From: the human T2T-CHM13v2.0 reference genome, Homo sapiens
Assembly: GCF_009914755.1 (NCBI RefSeq)
Contig: NC_060926.1
Length of the DNA: 64,000 nucleotides
Direction: 5' to 3' (one strand)
Positions 29,980 to 46,929 of this stretch are shown here, one piece after another. Position 1 is the first letter of the stretch; each line of letters begins with the position of its first letter. The notes below the pieces were generated by a model. That model was given only the letters and a program-made list of their open reading frames with translations, made no database searches and was not told where the DNA came from. Made by a program: the position numbers and the translations under genes.

Positions 29980-32900
29980 TAAGTTCCCAAGTTGAAGCAC
30001 CCCCTTCAGGTGTAGTTTTAGACGTGCAACATGAGGGGAAATCTTAGGTTAATTGCTGGGTCCAGAATTGCTCTGAAAGACAAAGACTGTCTTTGTTCTA
30101 GAAAAGTGCTCATAGGCGCTGTGAAGGCCTTGATGTCCTCTGGTGCCAACGCAACAGAGAAGCCAGCAAAATGCTCTGCATGGGACAGGTTCTGGTTTTT
30201 GCTACAGAGACTGTAAGAGATGCAAAGCCAGGACGGTGAGGGTGAGCTGGGGTTGGGGAGGCGCAGGGGGGCTCCCCAGCAGAGGGAGGGCATTTGAAGA
30301 CGGCGGCTGCTCCTTGGAAGCTGGCAGGCACGGCCACAGAATATGCGCCCCTTTCCTGGCCCCCTCGAGGTCTGCACAGCCCTGAGTGCTCATGCCATGA
30401 AAATGAGTGTCTCTGAGTTTGGAGAGCTGGCCTCCGCACTGGGCTTCCTGAGGACGGGAGCAGGAGCAGGAGGCTGAGGCCAGGGGGGATGGCAGCCCCC
30501 GGGGATCTGAGGAAGTCTGGGAGCTGGCTTTGAACTTCTGCCCACGCTGGAACTTGGGGAGAAGAGGGAGATGTGAGTCAGGTTTTCCTAGTTCCTGAGG
30601 GCCTGGGAGGCCTTGGCTGGCATCCCGTTTACATAGCGAGTGGCCCCACCTGATGGTTCTGATCCAGATTCTGGTACCCGAGTGAGCTAGGCCACGGGAG
30701 CAGCTGATGCCCCTGCTGTCCCTGAAGGCAGCATGGGAGGCCCCCGGGACTGGGGCTCAGGCTTTCCAGAGAGAAGGAGGTGCCTTTCCCTGCCAACTTC
30801 CTAGCTTTAAGTCACGCTCCGGACATCCAGAGTGAGCACCTGCACCTGCCAGAACCCCTTGAGCCGCCTCTACCTTCCAGGATGACCCATTCCCAGTTTT
30901 CCCAATTACCTTTCATATTTCCTCTTTGGAAATGGAATTTGATTTTGAGGCTGAGCAGGTGGCTGGAGACATAGAACATAAATATATCATGACTTGGGAG
31001 TTGACTTGCTTATCATGGAAATAAATGTCCTCCCTCCTCAAGAAGCGGTCACTTGGCCAGGTCACTTTGATCTTGCCCCGTGGTGAAATCAGACGGTCCC
31101 TGGCTCGTGGGCGCTGGAACCAGGGGGGAATTTCAGGGTGAGTCATGAATGCTAGGGGGCAGGGGTGAATGGGCTGTAATGTCAGCTTTGTTTTCCTGTC
31201 AGGCGAGAGAGAGAGAGAGGAGGGGAACAAGAGAGAATGATGCCAAGGAGGCGCCTGGGCAGCTGATGAGCTCAGCCCCAGGGTGACTGCGGTCATTTGG
31301 GTCGGCAGTGGGGACAGACATCAGCCCCAGCTGGGTCATGGGTCATTTACGGCCTGGGTCTCCCCCTCTCCTCCCTCCTCCTTCTCTCCAACCTGCTTTC
31401 TTGCTGCTGGAAGGGGGTGTGCAGGCTCCCGTGTGCCTGGCACAGCAGGGGCAGCACAGGAGACTCCATGGGGCCTGTGTCCCGCACCCCCACGCCCCCG
31501 CCCCCAGCCACAGCCCTTTGAGAGCACAGCGGAATGAACGCCTGATTAGGAATCAGATGCCAGAAAGAAGCTGTGTCTGTTCCAAAATCAAGAGACCAGG
31601 AGAAGTGACGTCCTTTAAAAGGAGAGAGCTAAGTGACAGAGAGGGGGCTTGTCCCCAGCCCAGGCACCTCGGGGCTGCAAGCTCCTTTGAGATGCGGGGC
31701 TCAGGCCTCATCAGGGGAAACGTGGGCATCTAGATGACCCTCCACACTGAGCAGACCCAGCACAGGCTGCGCCACTCATCATTATAGGCTGCGCCACTCA
31801 TTATAGGCTGCGGGGCCTGCACAGACCCCAGGCATCGAGCCTGCGATGGGGCAACGTGTGGTGTGGAGGCCATACCCCTCCTCTGCTGGCTGGCAGCTTG
31901 GCCCAGCCTCCTCACTGGTGAACAGTCAGCTCTGCCCCCTGGGCTGTCAGGAGGATTAAATGAGATAAGACAAACACAGAGCAACTCCTTGCTAACAGCC
32001 ATGCAGTACCAAGCAAGGCACAGCAAAGGGAAAGAGAAATCCAGTGGCACCAGTGGGCTGAGAAACTGTCGGGTTTGGCTGCTGCTGTTGTCTGCATCTC
32101 CCGCCTTCCTCCTGAGCCGTGCTTCCAGGGCAGCCCCGGCCCTTCATGTCAGCTGGTGACATTTCTGCAATTGTTCCTAAAGAGGGGCCTGTGGGTCGAG
32201 TGAGCTAAGCAGGGCTTGGCAAGGTGGTGTCCCCCGGTCAGTGCCAGAGTCTCCCTAATGTGGCCTGTGAGACAGAGCTGATGCTGAACAAAGGAACAGG
32301 GTGATCTGGGAGCAGCAGCAGCCGCTGTCCTGAGCATCTGGGTCAGGACGACACGGATGCCACCCCAGGACCCCTGGCATAGGGAGCCGAGCAGGGCAGC
32401 CGGGCAGAGGCAGGAATGAATCCTACTCAGCTGCAGAATAGTCACAGACACCTCTCCACCAGCAACGTCCCTGAAACAGTCTTTCTTATTAAAAAATATT
32501 GAGTGTCAGTTATGTGTCAGGCACTGTTCTGGACACGAGGTCTCAGGAACAAACAAAATATACAGAAACTTGGCCCTTGTGTTGCTCAGGATGAAGAGGA
32601 GAAGACAGGAGCTGTGAGGTGTCCCCACCTGTCCAGAGGCTGGGAAAACTTAGGAGACGGTGCTGCTTGTTTAGAAAACCGGGCAGAGGAGCCCTGCTAG
32701 TCCAGGCCGGGCCAGCGCCCAAGGATGAGGGGAAGCACAGCTCCTTTGGGGTCTGCGTGCATTTGAGCATGAGTGCATTAACAGGGGGAACGTCTGTGTT
32801 TACAGGGCATGCGTTTGGGAGCCAGACAGACCTGGGCTGAGTCCTGCCCTACATACTAACTAGCCTGCTGTGTCGCCTTGCAAGGGGTGAGATTTCTCTG

Positions 32901-33424
32901 CTCTAAGTCATGGGTGCTGAGGCCCACCTGTCTGGCGAGGGTCTGGGGGAGGTCGGATGAGATGAAGGAGGCTGGGGCTGGCACCGTGGTGGTCCCTGGG
33001 CTGTGCCTGTTTCCCTCCCACTTCTGCTGCCTCCATCTGACCCTGCTCCGGAGGGACCAGGGGAGGGGCGGACGGAGGACACTGCTTCTGCAGCGCTCCT
33101 TGTCTCCGTCAGTGATTTATAGGAAGCTGGCTCAACCGAGAGCTGAGGGAAGACGGTGAAGGCCCTTTTGTTTTTAGTTCAATTTTGTGAGCAGAATGCT
33201 CCTGGGGCCAATAGATTTTTCCAGTAATGAAATTGTGAAAATAATTGAATTATGCCTTTCCAGCTTCAAAGACAACCTGTGCCCTTTCCCCAGCCCTCCG
33301 CATGGCATTAGAGAACATTCGCCTCCTGCTGGGTCGGCCCCTTCGCCTCTTCCTTCTGTCTGTCGGTGCAGCCTCTGAATAGAATCCTGGCGAAGGGAGG
33401 GGCTGGGTGTGTTGTTGCTGCACC

Positions 33425-33590
33425 CAGGACTGCCCACATCAGTTGCAAAATGCAATGTGGGGCCCTTTGTTGAAAAACAATGAAGAATTTCAAGATGGTG
33501 GCAGCAGAGCCTGAAACCGAGCTCAGGGCCCATCTGAGCAGGGGCCCGGTGTGACCACACGGATCCCATACCGGTGATGCCAACCCCCTG
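33425..33590 (-). mobile_element. MER45A-like hAT-Tip100 element
   Basis: tgcaaaatg..ggggccc..ttgtt..aagaatttcaagatgg..cagcagagc matches the reverse of recalled MER45A. Confidence 0.7.
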
Positions 33591-33729
33591 AGTCCCGGGG
33601 AACAGTGGCAAATCAGCACTCAGGAAATATCTGTTGAATGGAAAATCCAGTTTCCTTCGCCGTCTTCCTTGTCTGTCCTCTCCTGCCGCCTCCATTCAAC
33701 TTTCTCCCTTCTTCTCACAGCACTCGGCA

Positions 33730-33930
33730 GTGTGGACTCTGGCTGCCTGGGTTCAAATGAGCTCACCACCTCCTAGTTGTAAGCTCTTCGACAAGTGACT
33801 TAAACACTCTGTGCCCAGTTTTCCGCATCTGCAAAATGGGGAGATAAATAGCCCCTACCTCCTAGGATCATCATGAGAATGAGGTGTGCGAAGCTTGGCC
33901 GGCATGGGTTCCATAGCAGGCACTCAGGGG
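33730..33930 (+). mobile_element. MIR, preceded by a strong 3' splice site at 33720
   Basis: cctgggttcaaat..caagtgacttaa..catctgcaaaatgggga..; acceptor tttctcccttcttctcacAG. Confidence 0.7.
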
Positions 33931-34654
33931 TGTCGGCCACGAAGATTATTCTTTCTCTTCTCTCTTTGCCGTCTTATTTCATCTCTCTCCGTTATTTGGT
34001 TCCCCTGTCCTTAGTCCCCTTTCTCCCCCAATGGCATCCCAAGATGCACAATAGTGGCAAGTGCCCAGCCTGTTTCCACAGCCTGATCCCCACCACTGCG
34101 TTGGCCAGTCACCCAAGAAGCAGCTGGACCCATCATCTGGCTCTAGGGATGACCCAGTTCCAGCACCCCCGCAAACCTCCGTCTGTCCCCCTACCTCCCT
34201 CAGCAGAGGCCCAGCCCAATGCAGGCCCGTGGCTGGATGGGAGTAGCTCTTCCCACCACCCCTGGGCAGGGCTCTGCGGAGCTTGGGAGCCTCACCTGGA
34301 ATCGGCCCTCATGCCTCAGTAGAGAAGGAGAGCGAGGAGAGAGGTGATGGGGCTCCGCGGGCACCCCCGATGCACAGTCTCCTTCTGGGCTTCTGATGGC
34401 CACAAGGCCAGAAGACCTGCCCAGAAGAATTCAGTATAACCCAGTTCAGTGAAATTGGAGAGAACGAGGGCCTGCGTCTTCCGGGCAGAAGGCAGGGTTC
34501 CTGCCCTCTGGAGCCCTTGGCCTGGCGCGGGCTGATTAGGACCTAGATCTGCCTGGGTGGCTGGGTGGCCGAGTGGCGATTGGGCTGGTTCTGTACCGGG
34601 TGTGCTCCGTGGGGGGCGTGATCTGGCAAAGCCTTGGAGGTGGGACTGTGGAGG

Positions 34655-34983
34655 CACCATTGATTGAACTGTGTCCCCTGCAATTCACATGTTGAGGCCC
34701 AAACCCCCAGTGTGGCTGCATTTGGAGTAGGGCAGTAATTATGGTTAAATGAGGTCGTATGGGCGGGTGCTGATCCACTAGGATTAGGATCCTTATAAGA
34801 ACCTGCCACCTTCTCTCTGCCACGTGAGGACATGGGGAGGAGGCGGCTGCCTCCCACCCAGGAGGAGCCCTTACTGGACACTGGGCCCTGGCTGCACCTT
34901 GACCTTGGACTTCTAGTCCCCAGAACTGTGAGAAGTAGATTTCTGCTGATTACGCTTTCCTGTCTGCGGCCTGAGCTAAGACA
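34655..34983 (+). mobile_element. MaLR LTR (MLT1A/B-like)
   Basis: gaactgtgtcccc..aattcacatgttga..ccttataaga..ttggacttct..cagaactgtgaga..ctaagaca. Confidence 0.75.
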
Positions 34984-35281
34984 GCAGCGCTTGGGGAGAA
35001 GCAGAATTTGAGGAGCTCCTCAGTGGCAGGCTGCCCTGGCCCTGCTGTCAGCAGAGGGGAATGGCCATCCATGCTGGCCCCTCACCAGCCGGGCCTTCAG
35101 TGAGCTCCCCGGGTAGGTGAAGCTCTCCCAGCTCTGTGTCCCCCGCCAAAGCAGGCCCACAAGCGAGCGCCTATGGGGTGGAGTGAGAGTGAGGAAGAAA
35201 CATTACCCGAGGGGTCACTCTCTTCAGAAGACCTCAATGACTGTAGACTACTGAATTATTTCCTTAAAAAAAAAAAAAAAA

Positions 35282-35582
35282 GGCTAGGTATGGTGGCTCA
35301 GGCCTATAATCCCAGCACTTTGGGAGGACAAAGGACCACCTGAAGCCAGGAGTTCCAGACTAGCCTGGGCAACACAGCAAGACCCCATCTCTACAAAAAA
35401 TTTAAAACTTAGCCAGGCGTGGTGGCACATGCCTGTAATTTCAGGTATTTGGGAGGCAGAGGCAGGAGGATCACCTGAGCCCAGGAGCTAGAGGCTGCAG
35501 TGAGCTATGATTGCACCACTGCTTTCCAGCCTGGGTGACAGAGTGAGACTCAAAAATGGTTAAAAAAAAAAAAAGAAAAAAT
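35282..35582 (+). mobile_element. AluJ
   Basis: Sense Alu with J motifs (gaggctgcagtgagctatgat); preceded by an A-run at 35266-35281. Confidence 0.9.
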
Positions 35583-36290
35583 GTTGATAGCTACTATAAA
35601 GTTTCTCTTATGCAGTACCTCCTCATTTTACAGGAAATTTGGAGATAGGGAAAATAGAAAGAAGAGGAAAAGATGCCCAAATATACCCAGAAAGTCCCTG
35701 CTAACATGCTGCTGTCGTCCTTCTATTCCTTAATCTAGGCATGTGGGCTTTTTTCTTATTTAAAAATGTTGATTTAGATATAATTACATGCAGAAAAGTG
35801 CACAAATCTGAAGTCTGCAGTTTGAGAAGTTTTAGACATGTGCATACTCTGCACCGACCACCTCTGCTAGGATATAGAGCATGGCCAGTGCCCAGAGGGC
35901 ACCGCAGGCCCTGCCTAGCCACACTCACACTCTCTTCAGTAACCCCTCATTCTGATTCTATTGCCATAGAATAGTTTGGTCTTTCTTAAACCTCATATAA
36001 ACGAACCATGTTGTATGTGGTCTTTGTGTCTGGCTGTTTTTTCCCCTATTTTAAAAATTGTGTTAAAATACACATAAACTTTATCATCTTGACCATTTTT
36101 AAGTGTACAGTTCAACGTTATTAAATACATTCATAATGTTGTATAACCATCACTGCCATCCGTCTGTAGAACTCTTTTCATCTTGGAAAACTAAACTCCA
36201 TACTCATTAAACACTAACTCTGTATTCCCTCCTCCCCGCAGCCCCTGGTAAACACCATCCTACCTTCTGTTCATATGAATTAAAAAAAAA

Positions 36291-36683
<393 letters not shown>

Positions 36684-36861
36684 TAGCATAATGTCTTCAG
36701 AGTTCATCCATATCTGTAGCATGTCTGAATTTCTTTCCTTTTCTTAGGCTGAATAATATTTCATTATGGATATCATGGCATGTTGCTCATCCATTAATCA
36801 ATCAGTGGACACTGGGTAGCATCTGCCCAAGTTTTAGACATTGGGAATAATGCTGCTGTGA

Positions 36862-37249
<388 letters not shown>

Positions 37250-37617
37250 TCTACTTCTAATTTTTTAAAGGAACCACCACACTGTTTTCCACAGTGGCTG
37301 CATCATTTTACATTTTGTATCTGGTTTCTTTTGCTTAATATTGGTCAGGGAGATTCATCAATGTGTACAGCACAAGTTTGTTTCTTTATAATTGCTGTGT
37401 TAAGGATTCCATTGTATGAACAAAACACAATCTATTAATTCCCCTATTGATGGACATTTGGATTGTTGCCCACTGTGGCTATTATGAATAATGCTGTCAT
37501 TAACCGTCTTGTACACATTTTCTGGTGGTCATAGGCACCTGTTTCTCCTGTGGGTATATTTGGGAATGGAATTGCTGGGTCATAGGGTAGGCAATTGTTT
37601 CACTTTAGTAGATATTA

Positions 37618-37992
<375 letters not shown>

Positions 37993-38345
37993 TCATCACA
38001 TAAAGTTTTGAGGTCTGCCTTTTTCACTTAACATTAAATCATTACTATTTTTAAGTTAGAACTTTTATTTTGAGATAATGATAGATTCCCATGTAGTTGT
38101 ATGGAGTAACACAGAGAGATTCAGTGCACCTTGTACCCTTTTCTCCTGTGGTAACATCTTGTGAACCTAAAGGCAATATCATAATAACTATATTGATGTT
38201 GATTCAATGTCCTCAGATCTCCCTAGCTTCCTTTGCATCCATTCGTGTGTGTGTGTTCCTCTAGTTCTACACACTTTTATCACCTGCACATATTTGTGGG
38301 TCCACCACCACAGTTCCAATGCTACAAGGATCCCTCCTGTTTGCT

Positions 38346-38444
38346 TCTTTCCTTTTCCTTCCTTCCTTCCTTCCTTCCTTCCTTCCTTCCTTCCTTCCTT
38401 CCTCTCTCCCTCCCTCCCTCCCTCTCTCTCTCTTTCTTTCTTTC

Positions 38445-38445
<1 letters not shown>
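38346..38445. repeat. Compound (TTCC)n/(CTCC)n/(CT)n/(TTTC)n microsatellite
   Basis: Read directly; derived from an Alu tail. Confidence 0.95.
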
Positions 38446-39305
<860 letters not shown>

Positions 39306-39404
39306 TAAGAATGGTCTGTACATGGAATCAAGCAACTAGTAACCTTTTGGGATTGGCTTTTTGCAGTCGGCATAGTTCTCTGGAGAGTCATCCAGGTTGC
39401 TGTG

Positions 39405-39763
39405 TGCTGTGATTTGAATGTTGGTGCCCTCCTAAATTCATATGTTGGAATCTCACACCCAATATAATAGTTTTAAGAGGTGGGACCTTTGGGAAGTGAT
39501 TAAGTCACGAGGGCTGTGACCTCATGAGTAGGATTAATGCCCTTATAAGAGAGGTGAAGGGAGTGCCACTGCCCCTTTAACCACGTGAGGACACAGCAAC
39601 AAACTGCCGTCTATGAATCAGAGAGCCCTCAACAGACACCGATTCTGCTGGCACCTTGATCTTGGACTTCCCAGCCTCCAGAGCTGTGAGCAATAAGTTT
39701 CTGCTCTTTATAAATTATGCAGTCTAGGGTATTTTGTTATAGCAGCTGGAACAGACTAAGACA
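39405..39763 (+). mobile_element. MaLR solo LTR (MST/MLT1A-like)
   Basis: TG...CA ends with perfect 5-bp TSD ctgtg, inserted into an L1 fragment. Confidence 0.88.
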
Positions 39764-39845
39764 CTGTGTACCGATGATTTATTCTTTTCGTTACTGAGTG
39801 GTGTTTCTGGATTTGGACATACCGCAGTATGTCTGGCATTCATCC

Positions 39846-40145
39846 TTTTTTTGTTTGTTTGTTTTGAGACAGAGTCTCACTCTGTCACCAAGGCTGCAGT
39901 GTAGTGGCGCGATCTCAGCTCACCGCAACCTCCACCTCCTGGGTTCAGCTATTCTCATGCCTCAGCCTCCCAAGTAGCTGGGATTACAGCCACATGCCAC
40001 CACGCCCGGCTAATTTTTGTATTTTTAGTAGAGACAGGGTTTCACCACGTTGGCCAGGCTGGTCTCAAACTCCCGACCTAGGGCATCCACCCGCCTCGGC
40101 CTCCCAAAGTGCTGGGATTACAGATGTGAGCCACCACACCTGGCC
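39846..40145 (-). mobile_element. AluS
   Basis: Antisense Alu; TSD cattca(t/c)cctt. Confidence 0.92.
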
Positions 40146-40296
40146 TGACATTCACCCTTAAAAGGACATTTGAGTGCTACCAGTATTTGCCTGCTTTAGT
40201 AAAGCTGCTATGGAGACTAGTGTATAGATTCTTTTGTGAACTTACATTCACACAAAAATGCAGTTGCTGGGTTGTGTGGTATTTGCCTCATAACTT

Positions 40297-40497
40297 CAGA
40301 TGCTTCTTGACTCACAACATGGTTACTTCCCGACGAACCCATTGTAAATTGGCAGCGTGGCTGAGTGGGAGCTGCATCTCTCTGCCTCTGTCCAGCACTG
40401 TGAGGGAAGTACAGTTTCTATTGAATGTGTATCACTTTCACACCATCATAAAGTCAAAAAATCCTGAGTTGAACCATCATAAGCCAGGGATTGTCAG
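40297..40497 (+). mobile_element. MER47-like TcMar-Tigger element
   Basis: cagatgct..gact..aacccattgtaa; aagtacagtttctattgaatg..cttt..caccatc..aaagtc..gaaccatc. Confidence 0.7.
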
Positions 40498-41442
40498 TAT
40501 TTTTAGAGGAGCTCAGGGTCATAGGTTACTCTGCCAGTTACATATTCTGATGCAAACGTTTTCTGAAGCCTTTATTATTATGACATTCTGGGGACCTCCA
40601 TACCCCTTATTTTTGGGGATTAGAGCTTCCCTCTGTCTAATCCAGCTCTAGAGCCACCTCCTCGGGAAGCCCTCCACCCAGAGCCACCTCTCTGTGAGAG
40701 CGGCCCCACCAATGACTTTCCTGTGGGATGATGGAGCCCTCATGCTGAGCAGAGGTTAATGCCATCCCACGGCTCCCTTCCCCCAGAGGAGGTCTGGGTC
40801 TCAGCTGAGGCTTACAGCCTAACACATCTGGCTCCGGACATACTGGGAGCTCTTTACCTGAGGGTGTCCCTGTCATGTAGACAGAGGCTTTTGAGAAAAT
40901 AAACAGTCCTGAGAGAACCTCTTCGTCCTGGGGGAAGCTGGCTTGGTCTGGTGAAGACTTGTTCACTTGCTTCCAGCAGAAAATAACTTCGCTGTGAGCC
41001 TGGAGGTTATTATAACTAAATCATTCTGTGAACTACACAGACAGGCTGGGCATGGCCATTGTATTTCCGTCACCCTGGAGAGAAATCTGTGACCAAATGG
41101 TTAAAAAAAATTCCAAGTCATTCATTATTCACCCTCGCTGCATAATGCATGAAGGCTGCGGGCCAGGCCCATTTATGTTTTCAACATTGGCATCAAATGT
41201 CAGCCACTGCCTCAGAGAGGCCCACGAGGGCCTTGGCACTCGTGGTTGGCCCCTTCTCCCCTCTGGATGAACCTCAGGCCTCCAGGGCTCCTGCCTCCTG
41301 CTCACTAGGCTCTCAGCCTGGATGGTCCTTCTTTCTCTTCTTCTATGAAGCCCTCTCCATCCTTTAGGGCTTAGAAATCATCTCCTCCCTGTCACCTGCC
41401 AGGGCAGGAAGTCATCCTCCCTCTCTGTTCCCCCTGTAACAC

Positions 41443-41774
<332 letters not shown>

Positions 41775-42433
41775 TAGAGTATTGATAACCACCACCACTG
41801 TGATCATAACTAGTATGATTTATATAGTTTGTATTCTCTGCTGGACACTTAACTCACACTATCTCATTTAATTCTCATAATAGCCAGTGAGGCAGATATT
41901 CTATTTCTCAATTTTAAGATGAGGAAACAGGCTTAGAGTGGTTAATTAATTTGCCCAAAGACATGCAGCTAGCAAGAGGCAGCATATTGCAATTTGCCTG
42001 CAGGATGGTAGCAATTGTCATCCCTTTTCTTCTCAATCATTCTCACCAGAAATGTATTAGTTTTTGCAGCCTTTTCAAGGAACCAACTTTAGGTTTCGTT
42101 GATTGTCTCTGTTTCTTAGTTCATTACATGTGTATTTTTATTTCTAGTCCTGCTTGCTTAGGATTTATTTTGCTGTTCCTTTTGTAATTTCTTGAGATAG
42201 ATCTTAGTGCATTTGTTTTTAATCATTCCTCCTTTCTCCAGTTCAGGCTGGTCTTGAACTCCTGGGCTCAGGCAAGCATTTCAGGCTAGAAATTTCCCTC
42301 TGAGTACTGCTTTGGTTGCATCCCTGCACATACAAGTTTTGATTGTAGGAGTTTATTATTCCATTGAAAATATTTTCCGATTTTCCTGGTGATGTCCAGG
42401 TGGGATTGTGCTCAATCTGACAGACTGCACAGC

Positions 42434-43123
<690 letters not shown>

Positions 43124-43588
43124 TTATTTCTCACAGGTCGTTTTAAGCCACTGAGTTTGTGGTAATTTGTCACAGCAGCCCTAAAAAATAAATATACACA
43201 GTTTTAATTGAAGTTGGGCTAAGAAGCTGGACGCTAGTCCCAGCTACTCAGGAAGTGGAGGTGAGGGGATCGCTTCAGCCCAAGGAGTTCGAGGCTAGCC
43301 TGAGCAACATAGCAAGGCCTCATCTCTAAAAAATAAAAATTAAAAATTGGGTTAAGAATTTAGCAGCTAGTCCTTAATAGGATGAGCCATGAGGACCGGC
43401 AGCTACATATCAGTGGTTTGAAGCAAATGGTTGCCAAGTCGCTCCTCTCCCTCCCAGGTCATCACCGTGACATCCTTTTGTCCAGTGTCCTTCCCTCCAG
43501 GGTAGCTCAGGTTAGGGGAAACAGCCAACACATCCATGCAAGGAAATAAATGGCCACTCAAACGCAGACTCTTTTAAAAGTGGGAGAG

Positions 43589-43885
43589 TGGCTGGGTGTA
43601 ATGGTTCATACCTGTGATCCCAACACTTTGAGAGGCCGAGGTGGGAGGACTGCTTGAGCCCAGGAGTTGGAGACCAGTCTGAGCAACATTAGGAAGACCC
43701 TGTCTCTACAAAAATTACAAAAATGAGCCAGGTATGGTGGCGCGTACCCAGCTACTTGGGAGGCTAAGGCGGGAGGATGGCTTGAGCCCTGGAATTCGAG
43801 ACTGCAGCGAACTATGATGGCACCACTGCACTCCAGCCTGGGCCACAGAGCAAGACTCTGTCTCTAAAACAAAACAAAATAAATA
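43589..43885 (+). mobile_element. AluJ
   Basis: gcttgagcccagg; gactgcagcgaactatgat. Confidence 0.9.
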
Positions 43886-44261
43886 GAAGGAGGAGAGGCG
43901 TGAGCATTGAGAGCATGGCCAAAGAGCGGCAGCACTGGCTACCCAGCACTTACTAGCCACATCTGGGCCTAAGGATTTTATGTCCCTCAGGACTCACGGG
44001 GCTGATGTGCCATCTGACCCCTCTGAGACCTGTGGGACTGGGCTCCGAGCCTCTGGGACACTGGAGGGGTGGAGGCAGGTGTCTGGGCAACATCCAATAA
44101 GAAGCCTGTGACAGAGTCAACAGTGGCAAGAGCCCTTTGGGCCAGCCCGGCTCATCCCCTCCTGGCTGCCTGCCCCTCCATGGCAAGGTCATTTTCCTTG
44201 ATTCCGATCACAGCAGACCTCTGTTGCTCTGTGGCTGATTCATTCAGAGAAGCAGGGTTCT

Positions 44262-44817
<556 letters not shown>

Positions 44818-45931
44818 AAAAAAGCAGGGCAGCAGGGTTCCTAGCCCCGGCTCCACTGCCTTTTCTGGCTTGGGGAGACAAAGCTTGGTAACATCAGGAC
44901 TGCAAACATCCTGCCATTAGATCTTGGACCAGCACCGGCCTGGTAGTTTGCTGTTTCATCAGGGGGCTTGCAGTTCATAAGCAATCCCTTCTTTTCTTTT
45001 CTCCCAAAGCTGGGAAATCAAAACAAAACTTCCTTCCCTTCCGATATTCCTCTTTACTAAAAATTTGCGTAGCCAACTCTCCTGGGAGTGGGGGGACCAA
45101 CTTGGCTCAGGTTGGCTGGGATGGTCCTGTTTTTAGCATTGAAAACCACAAAAGCAATGAAAGTCTCACGTTGTGGGAGGCCCTGAGTCCTGGGCAAACT
45201 GGGACTGTTGGTCCAAACCGTCCCTTCCAGAAGAGGCCCACATGGCAGGCCCTTTGAGGCCTGGGGCAGGCGGGACAGAGGCAGCACCCGCCTGGCATGG
45301 GGCTGAGGCCTCCTTGCAGCTGCCTCCCGGCCCCTTGTTCTCCTTCATGGCTCCATGCACAGCTGAGGGGAGACATGAGGTCTCTCGGTCTCCATGGGTT
45401 TGGGGCAGGCCCAGAATGGCCCTGAATCCAGTAACACCAACTGTCCCTGGAAGTGTCACCACCCTGGTCTGGGAGGAGCTCCATGAACATCTCAACCATC
45501 CACTTCTTGTGCAGATGGGGAAACTGAGTCAGAAAGGGAGGAGACTGCCTTAAGAAAGATTCTTGCAACTTGACTTTGATCCTGTAGAGTGTTTGTGGGT
45601 TTAGAAGAGCACAGGTCTGAAGATGGAAGACTTGGGTTTCAGACCCGTCTCTGCCCTGTGCACCAGCATGCCCAGAGCAGCACTAACCCAAAGCCAATCT
45701 GACAAATGAACAAGTCATTCTATTTACTGGTTTCTTTGATCTATTTATAAAAATGAATATTTATAGCAAATCCTGTAGGATGCGGTAGATTTGGAAGATT
45801 TCTGTGATGTTTTGTTTGACTAATGCTTATTTTCCCTTTTGTATCAGTATTTTAACAAATGCTTTGGATTTCCTCCACGCAGAGGAGAATCAGTATGCAG
45901 CTGTTAATTTTGGCTGCTGACTCCAGGACAA

Positions 45932-45990
45932 GAGACAGAGAGAGAGCGTGAAAGCGAGACAGAGCGTGAGAGTGAGAGAGAGAGAGAGAG
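45932..45990. repeat. Imperfect (GA)n repeat
   Basis: gagagagagagagagag. Confidence 0.85.
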
Positions 45991-46929
45991 GCAGGAGAGG
46001 CTGAGCGTGGGAGGGAGACAGACGGCATCGATTCATTAATATATTCAAAACTATATTCAAAAACTATTCATTTAAAAATTCTGGAATATATTGACTACAT
46101 ACTTTAAAAGACTTTTTTATAATGGGAAACTTTGAACATAGGCAAAAATAGAATAATAGAAAAGCCCAGCGTGCGACATCAGTGTCAACAGAGGTCCATA
46201 TGTGGCCAGTCTTGTCTCAGCCTTTTCCCCACCCATTCACTCCTCTCCCAAATCCGGATGGTTTTAAGGTGATTTTAGCCATCGAATTCCATATGACTCT
46301 GTTCTCAAGTGTACTGGATACATTCTTGAAAATACTCTTGAACATATTCTTGAGGATGAGAAATTCTTACAAATGTATATTTTTTGTGCCCCTGTGTCTC
46401 CCCTTCCTTGCCTTTCAAACTCCTCTCTCTGTCCCTTTGTCTCCTTTCCCCCACCCTTCACCTCCCCTCTCTGTTCTCCCCAGTCTCCCCTAAACTCCAA
46501 ATCTCTACTCTGACCCTCAGTCTCATCTTCTGGGTGACCGAAGATGGGGCAGTGCAGCCCCTGCTGAGCTGACCCTCCTTTCTGTCCTTCCTCGTGCCGA
46601 GGTTCTCTCTCCTTGACTGTTTCTCCTAGCTGAAGCAGTAGGCTGCTGGACAGAGGCAGGTCCAGCATACTTTGAATGTTGTTATGAAGTCCAGTGGAGA
46701 AGAGCTAGCCTAAATTCGGCAGAAATCTTCAATATCTTTAAAAAAGAAATCCCTCCATTATGGATCACTGTAAACTTGTATCAGTTGTTATAATCAATGA
46801 ACACATTGACTGAATTGGCCTTTTGATATATTGACTTAGAGCTGTGTGATTTTGGATGAGCCATTTTACCTTTTAGAGCCCCAGTTTCCATCTCTGTGAA
46901 GTGGGGAAGTGTGGACCATAGCAGTGGTT

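Noticed and set aside
35266-35281. Possible transcript 3' end after the 33721 acceptor
   Set aside because: Genomic A-run without an upstream AATAAA; any cDNA end here would probably be internal priming.
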